Sequence record: OZ335964.1
Strand: one strand, 5' to 3'
Length of the DNA stretch: 64,000 nucleotides
Source of the DNA: a phage
The translations under genes were made by a program, and so were the position numbers. This document shows, in pieces, positions 44,641 to 52,440 of this stretch. The stretch's first letter is position 1. Each line of letters opens with the position of its first letter. The notes beneath the pieces are model-generated. The model was not told the DNA's origin. It searched no databases and was given only the letters and a program-made list of their open reading frames with translations.

Positions 44641-44816
44641 CGATCACCGCGAAGATGAGAACATCCACCATCAAGAAGGATCGTAATACGAAACCCCGCA
44701 TCATCTTCAATATACCCGATAGTCGGTGGATGTTCGTCGTCTCGTGCCGGGGTAAAATCATACATCTTTCCGGGCGTAATATCTTGTCCTTTATTGCTAT
44801 TGGTATAAACTTGCAT
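44622..44816 (-). CDS. paralog family C protein (64 aa)
   Basis: ...GKMYDFTPARDDEHPPTIGYIEDDAGFRITILLDGGCSHLRGDRWELV. Confidence 0.45.
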   Translation of the reverse strand: MQVYTNSNKGQDITPGKMYDFTPARDDEHPPTIGYIEDDAGFRITILLDGGCSHLRGDRWELVP

Positions 44817-44837
44817 TTTCTTAATCTCCTATATTAA

Positions 44838-45536
44838 CTAACCACGGGTATAGTGTTCCAGAACAACGGTCAGATGAATATATTCTAATAAATCTTTCCA
44901 AAAGTCAACATCTGGTTCTTCCGGCATACCGTTTTTCTTTGCCTCTTCACGCGCGAGTTTAACACGCTCGTAGAGATCTTTCAATTCTTCCCGCACATTA
45001 TCAAAGGTTCTTTCTCCTAACTTACACGCTAAAATAGAAGAACGTCGCGCGAGTGGGAATTGTAGATCACCTGTCTGATAGATTTCAAGTAGCTGATAAC
45101 CAACACGCAGAGCATGAGAAAGATCTTTCCAGTTACTGAAATACTTTTCAGATTTTGCTACCTGCTTTTTGAGATAACCAGACAAACCCCACATCCCAAC
45201 ATGATAGAATTTATCGCGATGTGTTCGGATGTATTCCCATTCTCTGGAGGATTCAATCAACATGTTACTAGGCGCGTGCACCATGTCAATAGCGCCAATA
45301 TCACCTTTACATGCCAGATTGATAAACCGTTTTAGACTGAACATATTAACGTCAATATCGTCTTTGGTGTTCTTGATACCTTGACCGCTAGTGCTTTGGT
45401 CATAGTGTTCTTTCATCGTTCCTAAGATAATTTCTTTCGCAGTCGGAACAAAGATACCACGATAATCTTTATCGGAATTTTCAGTATCAAGACCGTATAA
45501 GTGAGATCCGAAGACCATTTTAACCATTGTATGCAT
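44838..45536 (-). CDS. nucleotidyltransferase-fold protein (Pol-beta superfamily, minimal NTase motif)
   Basis: N-terminal FGSHLYGLDTENSDKDYRGIFV fits GS-x3-G-x5-SD-x-D; 232 aa. Confidence 0.5.
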   Translation of the reverse strand: MHTMVKMVFGSHLYGLDTENSDKDYRGIFVPTAKEIILGTMKEHYDQSTSGQGIKNTKDDIDVNMFSLKRFINLACKGDIGAIDMVHAPSNMLIESSREWEYIRTHRDKFYHVGMWGLSGYLKKQVAKSEKYFSNWKDLSHALRVGYQLLEIYQTGDLQFPLARRSSILACKLGERTFDNVREELKDLYERVKLAREEAKKNGMPEEPDVDFWKDLLEYIHLTVVLEHYTRG

Positions 45537-45578
45537 AATTAAACCCTCAGTTGATTAAGAGATTGCATCATATCATCA

Positions 45579-45612
45579 TAAAACGAAAAAGCCAACCCTT
45601 TTCGGATTGGCT
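45579..45612 (-). terminator. rho-independent terminator
   Basis: AGCCAAUCC-GAAAA-GGGUUGGCU followed by UUUUUCGUUUU on minus strand. Confidence 0.65.
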
Positions 45613-45622
45613 TGATGAAAAA

Positions 45623-46039
45623 TTAGAGAGATTCGGTAAAGGTGCGCGAAATAACATCACGTTGTTGGTCTGGAGTCAGACTATTGAATCTTACGGCATA
45701 TCCGCTAACGCGAATGGTTAGTTGCGGATACTTATCAGGATTAGCAACCGCATCAAGAAGAAGATCGCGACTCATCACATTGATATTCGCGTGCTGACCT
45801 CCTTCGACAACCGGAGCACCAGTATCTACAATAACAGGACGGAAGCTAGTTGTGTGCAGTGCCAGCGAATCGACGTCTTCTGCGGTGATCACATGGTCTT
45901 CTGCGAAAGTTTTACTAACAATTACTTTAGCGCCGATCAGTGCTTTCGGTTCGGATACCAGAATCATAGGCGCGAAATGTCCACCAATAATAGTACCTTT
46001 ATGCTCACCTTTCATGATTTGAATTGCTTTAAATTCCAT
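45623..46039 (-). CDS. autonomous glycyl radical cofactor (GrcA/YfiD-like)
   Basis: C-terminal [11 protein letters not shown]...[35 protein letters not shown] nearly identical to E. coli GrcA C-terminus (glycyl radical motif RVSGY); a T4 homologue (Y06I) is described in the literature. Confidence 0.88.
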   Translation of the reverse strand: MEFKAIQIMKGEHKGTIIGGHFAPMILVSEPKALIGAKVIVSKTFAEDHVITAEDVDSLALHTTSFRPVIVDTGAPVVEGGQHANINVMSRDLLLDAVANPDKYPQLTIRVSGYAVRFNSLTPDQQRDVISRTFTESL

Positions 46040-46174
46040 AATTCACCTCTTATAGATCAGGACGTTCGTCATTAATTTTACCAACCAAAACACCATAGAG
46101 TTTATCAGGTTGGACTTTACGATTCTTATTGATTGTAGCACGAAATCGACGAGCTACGCTATCTTTATTTTTCA

Positions 46175-46660
46175 TCAGTTGATACCTAAGCCAATGAAAA
46201 TAGGTTGGTCTTCTACATTACCCATTCCAACACTACGTCGATTTAATTCTAAAAACTGCAATACGCTGTCAGTAAATCCGCGCATGGTAGTATCTAGGAT
46301 AAAAATTGTTTTGTCAAGACTACGACCTCGCCAAGTGATCGGATTCAGGAAAGTTCGGATCGACGTGCAATCTACATTTGAAATGTTGACATTTTCACCG
46401 CGACCGCGATCTCGGATCGTTTTGGCATGTTCCCGCGTCGTTGAAACGATAAAGACACTATAGCCCTTTCGCGTATAATGGTCATATAACTTGATTGTAG
46501 CGTCTGTATGCCCTGTCTGACGGCCTAAATTGATTGAGACAATGGAATCTAGGTCATCAGCAAAATTGCGTCGCTTACGACGTTCTATGATGTCATTTAC
46601 GGCAGATACACACGCAGCATAAATCAAATCTTTACTTTCTAATTTTACATCAATATTCAT
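46175..46660 (-). CDS. hypothetical protein (161 aa)
   Basis: Co-oriented ORF. Confidence 0.4.
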   Translation of the reverse strand: MNIDVKLESKDLIYAACVSAVNDIIERRKRRNFADDLDSIVSINLGRQTGHTDATIKLYDHYTRKGYSVFIVSTTREHAKTIRDRGRGENVNISNVDCTSIRTFLNPITWRGRSLDKTIFILDTTMRGFTDSVLQFLELNRRSVGMGNVEDQPIFIGLGIN

Positions 46661-46722
46661 GGTAAAGTCTCCAGTGAACGGGGAGAGATCCTTAGATTGT
46701 CTCCCCGTTGATGGTTAATATT

Positions 46723-47112
46723 TTATTTTGGATCTGGGTATTTGCTGTGTGGCAATTGTAGATGAGGACCATCTTTAAACGATACCCAATCCCCACCCCA
46801 TTCAACAGGAACACCCAATTCTCGACCAGCTTGTTTAAATGCATCAGCGATCATGCGGTAATATTTCATGTTCCATGTATCCTTATCTTTCGGATACGCT
46901 ACAACGTCAACCGCGAAACCGTGAAGATGACGAGATTTCATAGTCTTAGATTTACCTTCCGCAACATATTTCTTTTGCGTTTCTAGACTACGCACACCTT
47001 CCGTAATACCAAAATCGACCGGAGTCAGTTCTAATGCACGATGAACGACTTTTACCAGGTCTGGATGTACACCAACAAGCCGATCTTTGCTTCTTTGAGA
47101 TAATTTAAACAT
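46723..47112 (-). CDS. peptidase M15-family cell-wall hydrolase (candidate endolysin)
   Basis: 129 aa; SRHLHGFAVDV (His...Asp zinc ligands) and DGPHLQL (third His) as in L-Ala-D-Glu/D-Ala-D-Ala peptidases; occupies the position of lysozyme e in T4 gene order. Confidence 0.6.
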   Translation of the reverse strand: MFKLSQRSKDRLVGVHPDLVKVVHRALELTPVDFGITEGVRSLETQKKYVAEGKSKTMKSRHLHGFAVDVVAYPKDKDTWNMKYYRMIADAFKQAGRELGVPVEWGGDWVSFKDGPHLQLPHSKYPDPK

Positions 47113-47140
47113 TATTCACCCCCTTTGTGAGTGATAATAT

Positions 47141-47332
47141 TTAGATTCCAGTGATCCTGCATAGAGTTCTTGTATTAGCACCAATCAGGATCGCATTAAC
47201 GACAACCATTCCCCAATCAACCCACTGATTATTATAAATGCTAAACCCGTTTGCAAGACCAAATACAAGCATTCCGGTACACATACTCAGAGCAATAATC
47301 AACATCACGGTAAAACCAAATGCAAATCTCAT
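47141..47332 (-). CDS. small membrane protein (63 aa)
   Basis: Two TM helices. Confidence 0.4.
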   Translation of the reverse strand: MRFAFGFTVMLIIALSMCTGMLVFGLANGFSIYNNQWVDWGMVVVNAILIGANTRTLCRITGI

Positions 47333-47333
47333 A

Positions 47334-47600
47334 TTATTTTCCTTTTCTCTGTTTACGTTTATAAAAGTAATACATTACCTCATCGCGTCCGGTGATCCAA
47401 CATGCTAGGGCGGTAAACAGGTTTACAATTCCCAACACACCTACGGATGCGGCGCTGTCAACAGACATAGGAACAGTAAAGGCCATAGCTAACATAGCAA
47501 CGCCACAAATGACATTAAGCACCATTATAATAAGACCGAAGAAAACCATTGTCAATCCTCCCAAATAAGAAAACCAACAATCACGCCAGTGATAAGACAT
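47334..47600 (-). CDS. small membrane protein (88 aa)
   Basis: Multiple TM helices; basic C-terminus KRKQRKGK. Confidence 0.4.
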   Translation of the reverse strand: MSYHWRDCWFSYLGGLTMVFFGLIIMVLNVICGVAMLAMAFTVPMSVDSAASVGVLGIVNLFTALACWITGRDEVMYYFYKRKQRKGK

Positions 47601-47743
47601 GATGCGCCGCTAATCAGACAACCCGCGCCAAGTGATTCCCACCAGATCAGAGAAGCGACAATAACGCAAATTCCCCAGACTACCGCAATCACAACATAGG
47701 CAATGGTCGCCAAAAACATATATTTGTTCATAATAAATCCCAT
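47552..47743 (-). CDS. small membrane protein (63 aa)
   Basis: Two TM helices. Confidence 0.4.
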   Translation of the reverse strand: MGFIMNKYMFLATIAYVVIAVVWGICVIVASLIWWESLGAGCLISGASCLITGVIVGFLIWED

Positions 47744-47916
47744 TCACCAAACAAATAAGAAAAAAGCCATATCAACAGAAACGAGGCAATTGATCCGGCA
47801 AGCAAAATGATATTAGAGAATCCACCGTTTATCCAGTTGACAAAACAGAATACGCCAGTATAGAAGCATAAACCCATTACAAAGCATACTATAAGCAACC
47901 ATAGATAAAACGCCAT
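47728..47916 (-). CDS. small membrane protein (62 aa)
   Basis: Two TM helices. Confidence 0.4.
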   Translation of the reverse strand: MAFYLWLLIVCFVMGLCFYTGVFCFVNWINGGFSNIILLAGSIASFLLIWLFSYLFGEWDLL

Positions 47917-48138
47917 AGAAAGCCCTCCAGCGAGATAAATTAGTGCGGGTAGGGGAATGTACTACCCGCTTTGTTAATCAACGCAGGGCTTGTTCTAGCG
48001 CGATCCCAAACCATCCACAAACAACGCCCATACAGACAGCTACAAGAAGATTCATTCTCTCTTTAGGGATCATTGCAATCATAACAACAACCATACAGAA
48101 AGCCATTACCATTGAAGTTAACATTTGTTCAACCATTA

Positions 48139-48477
48139 TCACACCTTTAAAGTCATAGACGCATAAACATTAACACCAGGCCAGTTAGGATCGCAATTAT
48201 ACTCAACATCCCACAAATAAAGCGGTTTAGATGTATCAGCCAAGTTTTTAAAATCTTCTACCCACATTTCAATGCTATATGATGGATAAACTAGGCTGTC
48301 ATATCCTCCGTAACGTTGGCCTACTGGTCGGTCAGTAAAAACTACCTCAAGATCCGGTAATTCTTTTTCAAGGATAACCGCCAGCGCATAAATCAGACGG
48401 TCTTCCTTGTTACGCTGCCGAAGGACCGTTGTCAGTTGGCTTTTCTGGTTCACTAGCAAGCACCTCCACATTTTCAC
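48139..48477 (-). CDS. hypothetical protein (112 aa)
   Basis: Co-oriented ORF. Confidence 0.4.
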   Translation of the reverse strand: MKMWRCLLVNQKSQLTTVLRQRNKEDRLIYALAVILEKELPDLEVVFTDRPVGQRYGGYDSLVYPSYSIEMWVEDFKNLADTSKPLYLWDVEYNCDPNWPGVNVYASMTLKV

Positions 48478-48730
48478 AGAATGAAATTTTCACAGACACA
48501 ATTTTACCATAAGTGAAGAATGAATATACATTATCGAGATATTCAACGTCACCTACAATCACATCAAACTGCGGATCAGCAACCGCCGCAACATATTCTA
48601 CCAGTTCATCAAGAGAATGCAACTTAATTTCATCAATTCGGCTGTATTTGGTTGCATCTTTGATTTTAAAACCACGTTCTTTCAGCTTATCAATTAGAAT
48701 TTCACGCGGAGTTTCAAACAGTTTGCTCAT
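48410..48730 (-). CDS. hypothetical protein (106 aa)
   Basis: Co-oriented ORF with GAGGATTATACT-ATG leader. Confidence 0.4.
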   Translation of the reverse strand: MSKLFETPREILIDKLKERGFKIKDATKYSRIDEIKLHSLDELVEYVAAVADPQFDVIVGDVEYLDNVYSFFTYGKIVSVKISFCENVEVLASEPEKPTDNGPSAA

Positions 48731-48752
48731 AGTATAATCCTCACATAGTTAA

Positions 48753-48947
48753 TCAATGGTCAATAATCTTGCACATTATAACAGAAAGAACAAAGACCGC
48801 AACCCACATATAGATCCCAGCAATCAATGCAATTTCAATATCACAATATCCAAGATATACAACAGGAATAAAAACAAACATACAGACCAGCGCAAAGAAA
48901 CTAGCAAAGGCGCTAGAAAATCCGATAGCAGTATTAGTAATATTCAT
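48753..48947 (-). CDS. small membrane protein (64 aa)
   Basis: Two TM helices. Confidence 0.4.
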   Translation of the reverse strand: MNITNTAIGFSSAFASFFALVCMFVFIPVVYLGYCDIEIALIAGIYMWVAVFVLSVIMCKIIDH

Positions 48948-48948
48948 A

Positions 48949-49131
48949 TTAACAATCCTCGCGGCTTAAGTCAACAGCAATTGCATACAGCATAATGAAT
49001 ATGCTAGCCGATCCGAGAATCAATACACCCTCACATTTTGAAACTCGCTCATCAAAATGTAACATTATCCAACCGAGGATGTTAAAGGCGCAGACCGCGC
49101 CTATGTTCGCTAACCAATTAATCTTTTTCAT
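48949..49131 (-). CDS. small membrane protein (60 aa)
   Basis: Two TM helices. Confidence 0.4.
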   Translation of the reverse strand: MKKINWLANIGAVCAFNILGWIMLHFDERVSKCEGVLILGSASIFIMLYAIAVDLSREDC

Positions 49132-49139
49132 AATATACC

Positions 49140-49466
49140 TTAGAAAGAAACAGTTTTCAAGAAATCCAGATTTTTAGTACCGAAAACAGAAAAGTAGTGT
49201 TTTCCTTTTTCGGTTTTAGAGAAAGCGATTGTCTTCTCTACATGGTGACGGAAGCCAGACAGACGATCACCCAGGTCAAGGCGGCAAGCGTAAGTAGTGC
49301 CGTTTTCGAAAGTAACCTCGATTTGAGTTTTGTCATATTCGCTTTCATAGGCTTTTGCTGCCGCGTCCTGTGCTTTACGCTCGAAGTCTTCGAAGTGGAA
49401 TACTTCGTTTGCGTTAGCGAATACAGAAGATTCAGAGAAGATAACTTTAACAGATACTGGTTTCAT
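49140..49466 (-). CDS. hypothetical protein (108 aa)
   Basis: Downstream of promoter cassette 49467-49545. Confidence 0.45.
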   Translation of the reverse strand: MKPVSVKVIFSESSVFANANEVFHFEDFERKAQDAAAKAYESEYDKTQIEVTFENGTTYACRLDLGDRLSGFRHHVEKTIAFSKTEKGKHYFSVFGTKNLDFLKTVSF

Positions 49467-49545
49467 TTTGATACTCCTTAGTAGTTCGTGTTTCGTTTCG
49501 ATGGGTGTATTATGCTATACACCCTCTCGCGTGTCAACAACTTTT
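49467..49545 (-). promoter_or_regulatory. early promoter-hairpin-leader cassette (PeSL-like)
   Basis: TTGACA - 17 nt - CATAAT inside GGGUGUA/UACACCC hairpin - leader CAUCGAAACGAAACACGAAC - AAGGAGTATCAAA-ATG. Confidence 0.65.
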
Positions 49546-49734
49546 TTAGTCTTTTTTCATAATTTCTAGAGCAGTTTCTACAGCACCTTTCCAACCTTCC
49601 CACATAATGGACATAGTAAGGAAGTTAAAGCACCCGCAGGAATCAACCTTTTTAGAGATAAACCATTCTACAAACGCTTCGCTCATACCATGCTCTTTAG
49701 CGGATTCGCGTAATTGTTCAATTTGGTCTTCCAT
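49546..49734 (-). CDS. hypothetical protein (62 aa)
   Basis: Co-oriented ORF. Confidence 0.35.
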   Translation of the reverse strand: MEDQIEQLRESAKEHGMSEAFVEWFISKKVDSCGCFNFLTMSIMWEGWKGAVETALEIMKKD

Positions 49735-49756
49735 AGTATCACCTCAACACTTAACG

Positions 49757-49951
49757 TTATTCAAACTCAAACGGTCTATTCAACCTATTGTAAAAGTACA
49801 TATAACAAGCAAAATTATGCTTTGGCTGTACCGTATCAGATAGACACGCTTTTACAGCCTCGCGGTCCGATGGGTCTACACCCTCAGCTTTAAGTAATGC
49901 TAAAATCTGGTTATAGCGTACTCTTAGTTGTACTAATGGTTTATCCCCCAT
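49757..49951 (-). CDS. hypothetical protein (64 aa)
   Basis: Co-oriented ORF. Confidence 0.35.
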   Translation of the reverse strand: MGDKPLVQLRVRYNQILALLKAEGVDPSDREAVKACLSDTVQPKHNFACYMYFYNRLNRPFEFE

Positions 49952-49960
49952 ATTACCCCC

Positions 49961-50188
49961 TTATAGTTGATCAGCAATGTATGCGGTGCATTTGCGGAGT
50001 TTAGCCATAGCACCACCTTTCATGTCGCTTGCGCCTACAATGTTCATGATCTCTAAGCGATCAGCCGGATTCAGTCTAGTAGCCCAGATCTGGTTAGCCA
50101 GTTCCATTTTACCCATCTGCGGTTCCATCTCAAACATTTCACGCTCAAAGTCGATAATTTCTTTTGCTGCGTCTTTAAAGTTAATCAT
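49961..50188 (-). CDS. hypothetical protein (75 aa)
   Basis: Downstream of promoter cassette 50189-50248. Confidence 0.4.
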   Translation of the reverse strand: MINFKDAAKEIIDFEREMFEMEPQMGKMELANQIWATRLNPADRLEIMNIVGASDMKGGAMAKLRKCTAYIADQL

Positions 50189-50248
50189 TTTGGTCCTCCC
50201 GTTTCGTTGATGGTTGTATTGTAGGGGAGTTATCCTCCCCTGTCAACA
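50189..50248 (-). promoter_or_regulatory. early promoter-hairpin-leader cassette (PeSL-like)
   Basis: TTGACA - GGGGAGgauaaCUCCCC (17-nt spacer hairpin) - TACAAT - leader - GGGAGGACCAAA-ATG. Confidence 0.6.
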
Positions 50249-50254
50249 CTTTTA

Positions 50255-50440
50255 TCAGAAATATGCAATATAGTTTGCCAGTCCTACAGAGTCATCATTC
50301 GGCATTGCTTTTACCGCCAGTTCAAACCCTGCTTCAACTTTCTGTTTAGCGGATTCTTCGTTATAACCCCAGATGACCAGAATAGCTACTACGTTTTCTT
50401 TGCTTACTGCTTTCAGTGCTTTAGTGATGCGACGTGCCAT
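50255..50440 (-). CDS. hypothetical protein (61 aa)
   Basis: Downstream of promoter cassette 50441-50517. Confidence 0.4.
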   Translation of the reverse strand: MARRITKALKAVSKENVVAILVIWGYNEESAKQKVEAGFELAVKAMPNDDSVGLANYIAYF

Positions 50441-50517
50441 AATTTGATTCTCCGTTTAAGAAAGTGTGTTTCGTTTCGATGGGTGTATTATGCTATAGGC
50501 GTGATCTGGTGTCAACA
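50441..50517 (-). promoter_or_regulatory. early promoter-hairpin-leader cassette (PeSL-like)
   Basis: TTGACA - ~17 nt - CATAAT/ATAATA - leader CAUCGAAACGAAACACAC - GGAGAATCAAA-ATG. Confidence 0.6.
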
Positions 50518-50540
50518 ACTTTTTTAAAAAATTTTAGGCA

Positions 50541-50569
50541 ATAAAAAAGCCACTCCGAAGAGTGGCTTA
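50541..50569 (-). terminator. rho-independent terminator
   Basis: AGCCACUC-UUCG-GAGUGGCU followed by UUUUUUAUU on minus strand. Confidence 0.6.
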
Positions 50570-50575
50570 TAGGGA

Positions 50576-50716
50576 AGGTAGCGAATCTTCCTTGTCTCCA
50601 ACCTGCTAGCGGCCTAGCAAGTGAATGCTTTAGCGTACCGGATCACCCCATACGCTGCAATAAATGCGGCTAGGTGACGTCCAAATCATTCTAACCGCGC
50701 TGTCTTTAGTTCACTA
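50576..50716 (-). ncRNA. candidate small structured RNA (ORF-free 140-nt interval)
   Basis: No ORF on either strand; several compact hairpins (GGAAG...CUUCC; GCUAG-gccg-CUAGC; GCGUA...UACGC; GCGGUUAG...CUAGCCGC); a terminator lies just downstream on the minus strand; T4 carries tRNAs/small stable RNAs at the syntenic e-57B interval. No tRNA T-loop signature found. Confidence 0.3.
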
Positions 50717-50935
50717 TTATTTATATCGCTTTCTCTCGCGACGTTTTTGATCTTCTTCCTTGATAGAGTTAAATGCATCAAAAAGACACATGACACTGAT
50801 AATGAACATAACCGTATTTTCTACGATATCCCACGGCTTCGCATCAGTACAGATCCCCCAAACGGTAAGAAATGCAAATAGTGCAGAAGAGATCACAAGC
50901 ATGATACTTGCTAAGATATAAAAAGTCATTTTCAT
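50717..50935 (-). CDS. small membrane protein (72 aa)
   Basis: Two TM helices, basic C-terminus. Confidence 0.4.
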   Translation of the reverse strand: MKMTFYILASIMLVISSALFAFLTVWGICTDAKPWDIVENTVMFIISVMCLFDAFNSIKEEDQKRRERKRYK

Positions 50936-51126
50936 GGTTTTACCTCAATTCTTCGATATTCATCACACATCCACGCAGTAAGCAAGAATCCCAGCACATA
51001 AGCAACAAAATACGTTAATGCTTCTTCTGGTTCTGTGCTGTGTATCATCATTAAACCAGCTAGAACGGTCTTAACAATTACATTTAAAATAATTAGCCAC
51101 GCAAATAATTTCATCGTTTGCCCCAT
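50932..51126 (-). CDS. small membrane protein (64 aa)
   Basis: Two TM helices. Confidence 0.4.
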   Translation of the reverse strand: MGQTMKLFAWLIILNVIVKTVLAGLMMIHSTEPEEALTYFVAYVLGFLLTAWMCDEYRRIEVKP

Positions 51127-51350
51127 TTCGGTCGAGTCTTTTCAAACTTATACATTCCGTAACAATCTCGAATCATCCACGTAACAAGAGCACCAGTCAA
51201 CACAGACAATACACAGAAGAAGTAAAACGGTCCGGTTGCATTATCAACATGAGCAAGCCAGGTAAAGAAAACACATGCTAAGAATGTGAAGAACATCATA
51301 AAACACAAGAAAGCAAAATATTTTATGCTACTCATAGCGCCACCATACAA
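51111..51350 (-). CDS. small membrane protein (79 aa)
   Basis: Two TM helices. Confidence 0.4.
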   Translation of the reverse strand: MYGGAMSSIKYFAFLCFMMFFTFLACVFFTWLAHVDNATGPFYFFCVLSVLTGALVTWMIRDCYGMYKFEKTRPKWGKR

Positions 51351-51438
51351 CAGATCATAAGAAACCCCAACGCAATAAGAATTGCATCAAATTTAGTGAA
51401 CTCAGGTCCACCTATCAACATCATTCGTTCCTGTTCAT

Positions 51439-51681
51439 TCATAGATCACAGAGCCATCTTAAAGCACCACATAAAGCGAGCAGAATACTAGGTATAAAAG
51501 AGACCAAAACAAGTTCGCAAAAATCATCTAAGGTAACACCGGAATAGCTACCTACTGTAACAACACCGATCATCAGACACAGAAAGAAAACAAATGCAAT
51601 CAGAAACAAAGTATTGCTAAACAGTTTAGTGATCATTAGACACCCCACGACGATCAATTTCAAAAACTTTTTTATCATCAA
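51439..51681 (-). CDS. small membrane protein (80 aa)
   Basis: Three hydrophobic stretches. Confidence 0.4.
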   Translation of the reverse strand: MMIKKFLKLIVVGCLMITKLFSNTLFLIAFVFFLCLMIGVVTVGSYSGVTLDDFCELVLVSFIPSILLALCGALRWLCDL

Positions 51682-51829
51682 CGAAGCATGTCACAACTGC
51701 CTCGTTGACTTCCGCAAATTGTTGTGTTACCCACTTAAGGTCAGATCGAAACAATGTTTTGTTAATAACAAATGTTTTACCGCTCTTATCCTTACCCATA
51801 AATTTTGCTTTAACCATATCCAATTCCAT
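51626..51829 (-). CDS. hypothetical protein (67 aa)
   Basis: Co-oriented ORF. Confidence 0.35.
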   Translation of the reverse strand: MELDMVKAKFMGKDKSGKTFVINKTLFRSDLKWVTQQFAEVNEAVVTCFVDDKKVFEIDRRGVSNDH

Positions 51830-51838
51830 ATTATCACC

Positions 51839-51997
51839 TTATTTGCTAATCGCTAAACCCAATCCGAAGAGAGCACCCGATGCTACAGTATACCCGAAAG
51901 TTTCAAATGCAGTAAAGATATCTAAGCCACCAGCTAACAGAGTTGCAGTAAACAGAGTACCAGCTACGAACATAAAAGTTTTACCGATAAATTTCAT
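51839..51997 (-). CDS. small membrane protein (52 aa; below ORF-track cutoff)
   Basis: Reverse translation MKFIGKTFMFVAGTLFTATLLAGGLDIFTAFETFGYTVASGALFGLGLAISK; immediately preceded by conserved SD and promoter cassette. Confidence 0.4.
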   Translation of the reverse strand: MKFIGKTFMFVAGTLFTATLLAGGLDIFTAFETFGYTVASGALFGLGLAISK

Positions 51998-52058
51998 TTT
52001 GATTCTCCTTTCGTTTGTTTGTGGGGGTATCTTACTACCCCCGTTTCATGTTGTCAAC
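51998..52058 (-). promoter_or_regulatory. early promoter-hairpin-leader cassette (PeSL-like)
   Basis: TTGACA - 9 nt - GGGGGUAguaagaUACCCCC hairpin - leader - AAGGAGAATCAAA-ATG. Confidence 0.6.
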
Positions 52059-52063
52059 TGTTT

Positions 52064-52438
52064 TTAAGAAAATTTTACTTCGTCTACAATGTCTTTCATG
52101 ACATTGATTTCCATTCCGGTCAGAACACGTTGGAACATGTGCTGCACATACGCTTTCAGATATTCATTTGATGGCTTGCTATCAAAAGTCTTTTTAGTAT
52201 AGTAGTCATCACCGAAAGCTACTGTAATTACATTTTCGTCGTCGTTCCAAGCGATATAAGCAAATTTGCCGTTATCCCAGAAGCGAGCACTAATTGCTAC
52301 TTTTGTTGAATCGAATCCTACTTCGCTGTGAGATTCAAGAACTACTTGCGTGCCAGTTTCTTTATGAATGTAGTAGCGGGATACTAAGTCAAAGTTACGA
52401 GTGTAGTGACATTCGAATTTATCTTTAAACATCATCAT
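52064..52438 (-). CDS. hypothetical protein (~124 aa; start at MMMFKDK)
   Basis: SD GGAGAATCAAAA lies at 52441-52452, so the triple-ATG at 52430-52438 is the start, not the upstream Met of the track ORF. Confidence 0.45.
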   Translation of the reverse strand: MMMFKDKFECHYTRNFDLVSRYYIHKETGTQVVLESHSEVGFDSTKVAISARFWDNGKFAYIAWNDDENVITVAFGDDYYTKKTFDSKPSNEYLKAYVQHMFQRVLTGMEINVMKDIVDEVKFS

Positions 52439-52440
52439 TT

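Noticed and set aside
50576-50716. tRNA gene
   Set aside because: No 7-nt T-loop (TTCRANN) with 5-bp T-stem, no acceptor stem pairing and no anticodon arm could be fitted by eye. Kept only as a generic candidate small RNA.
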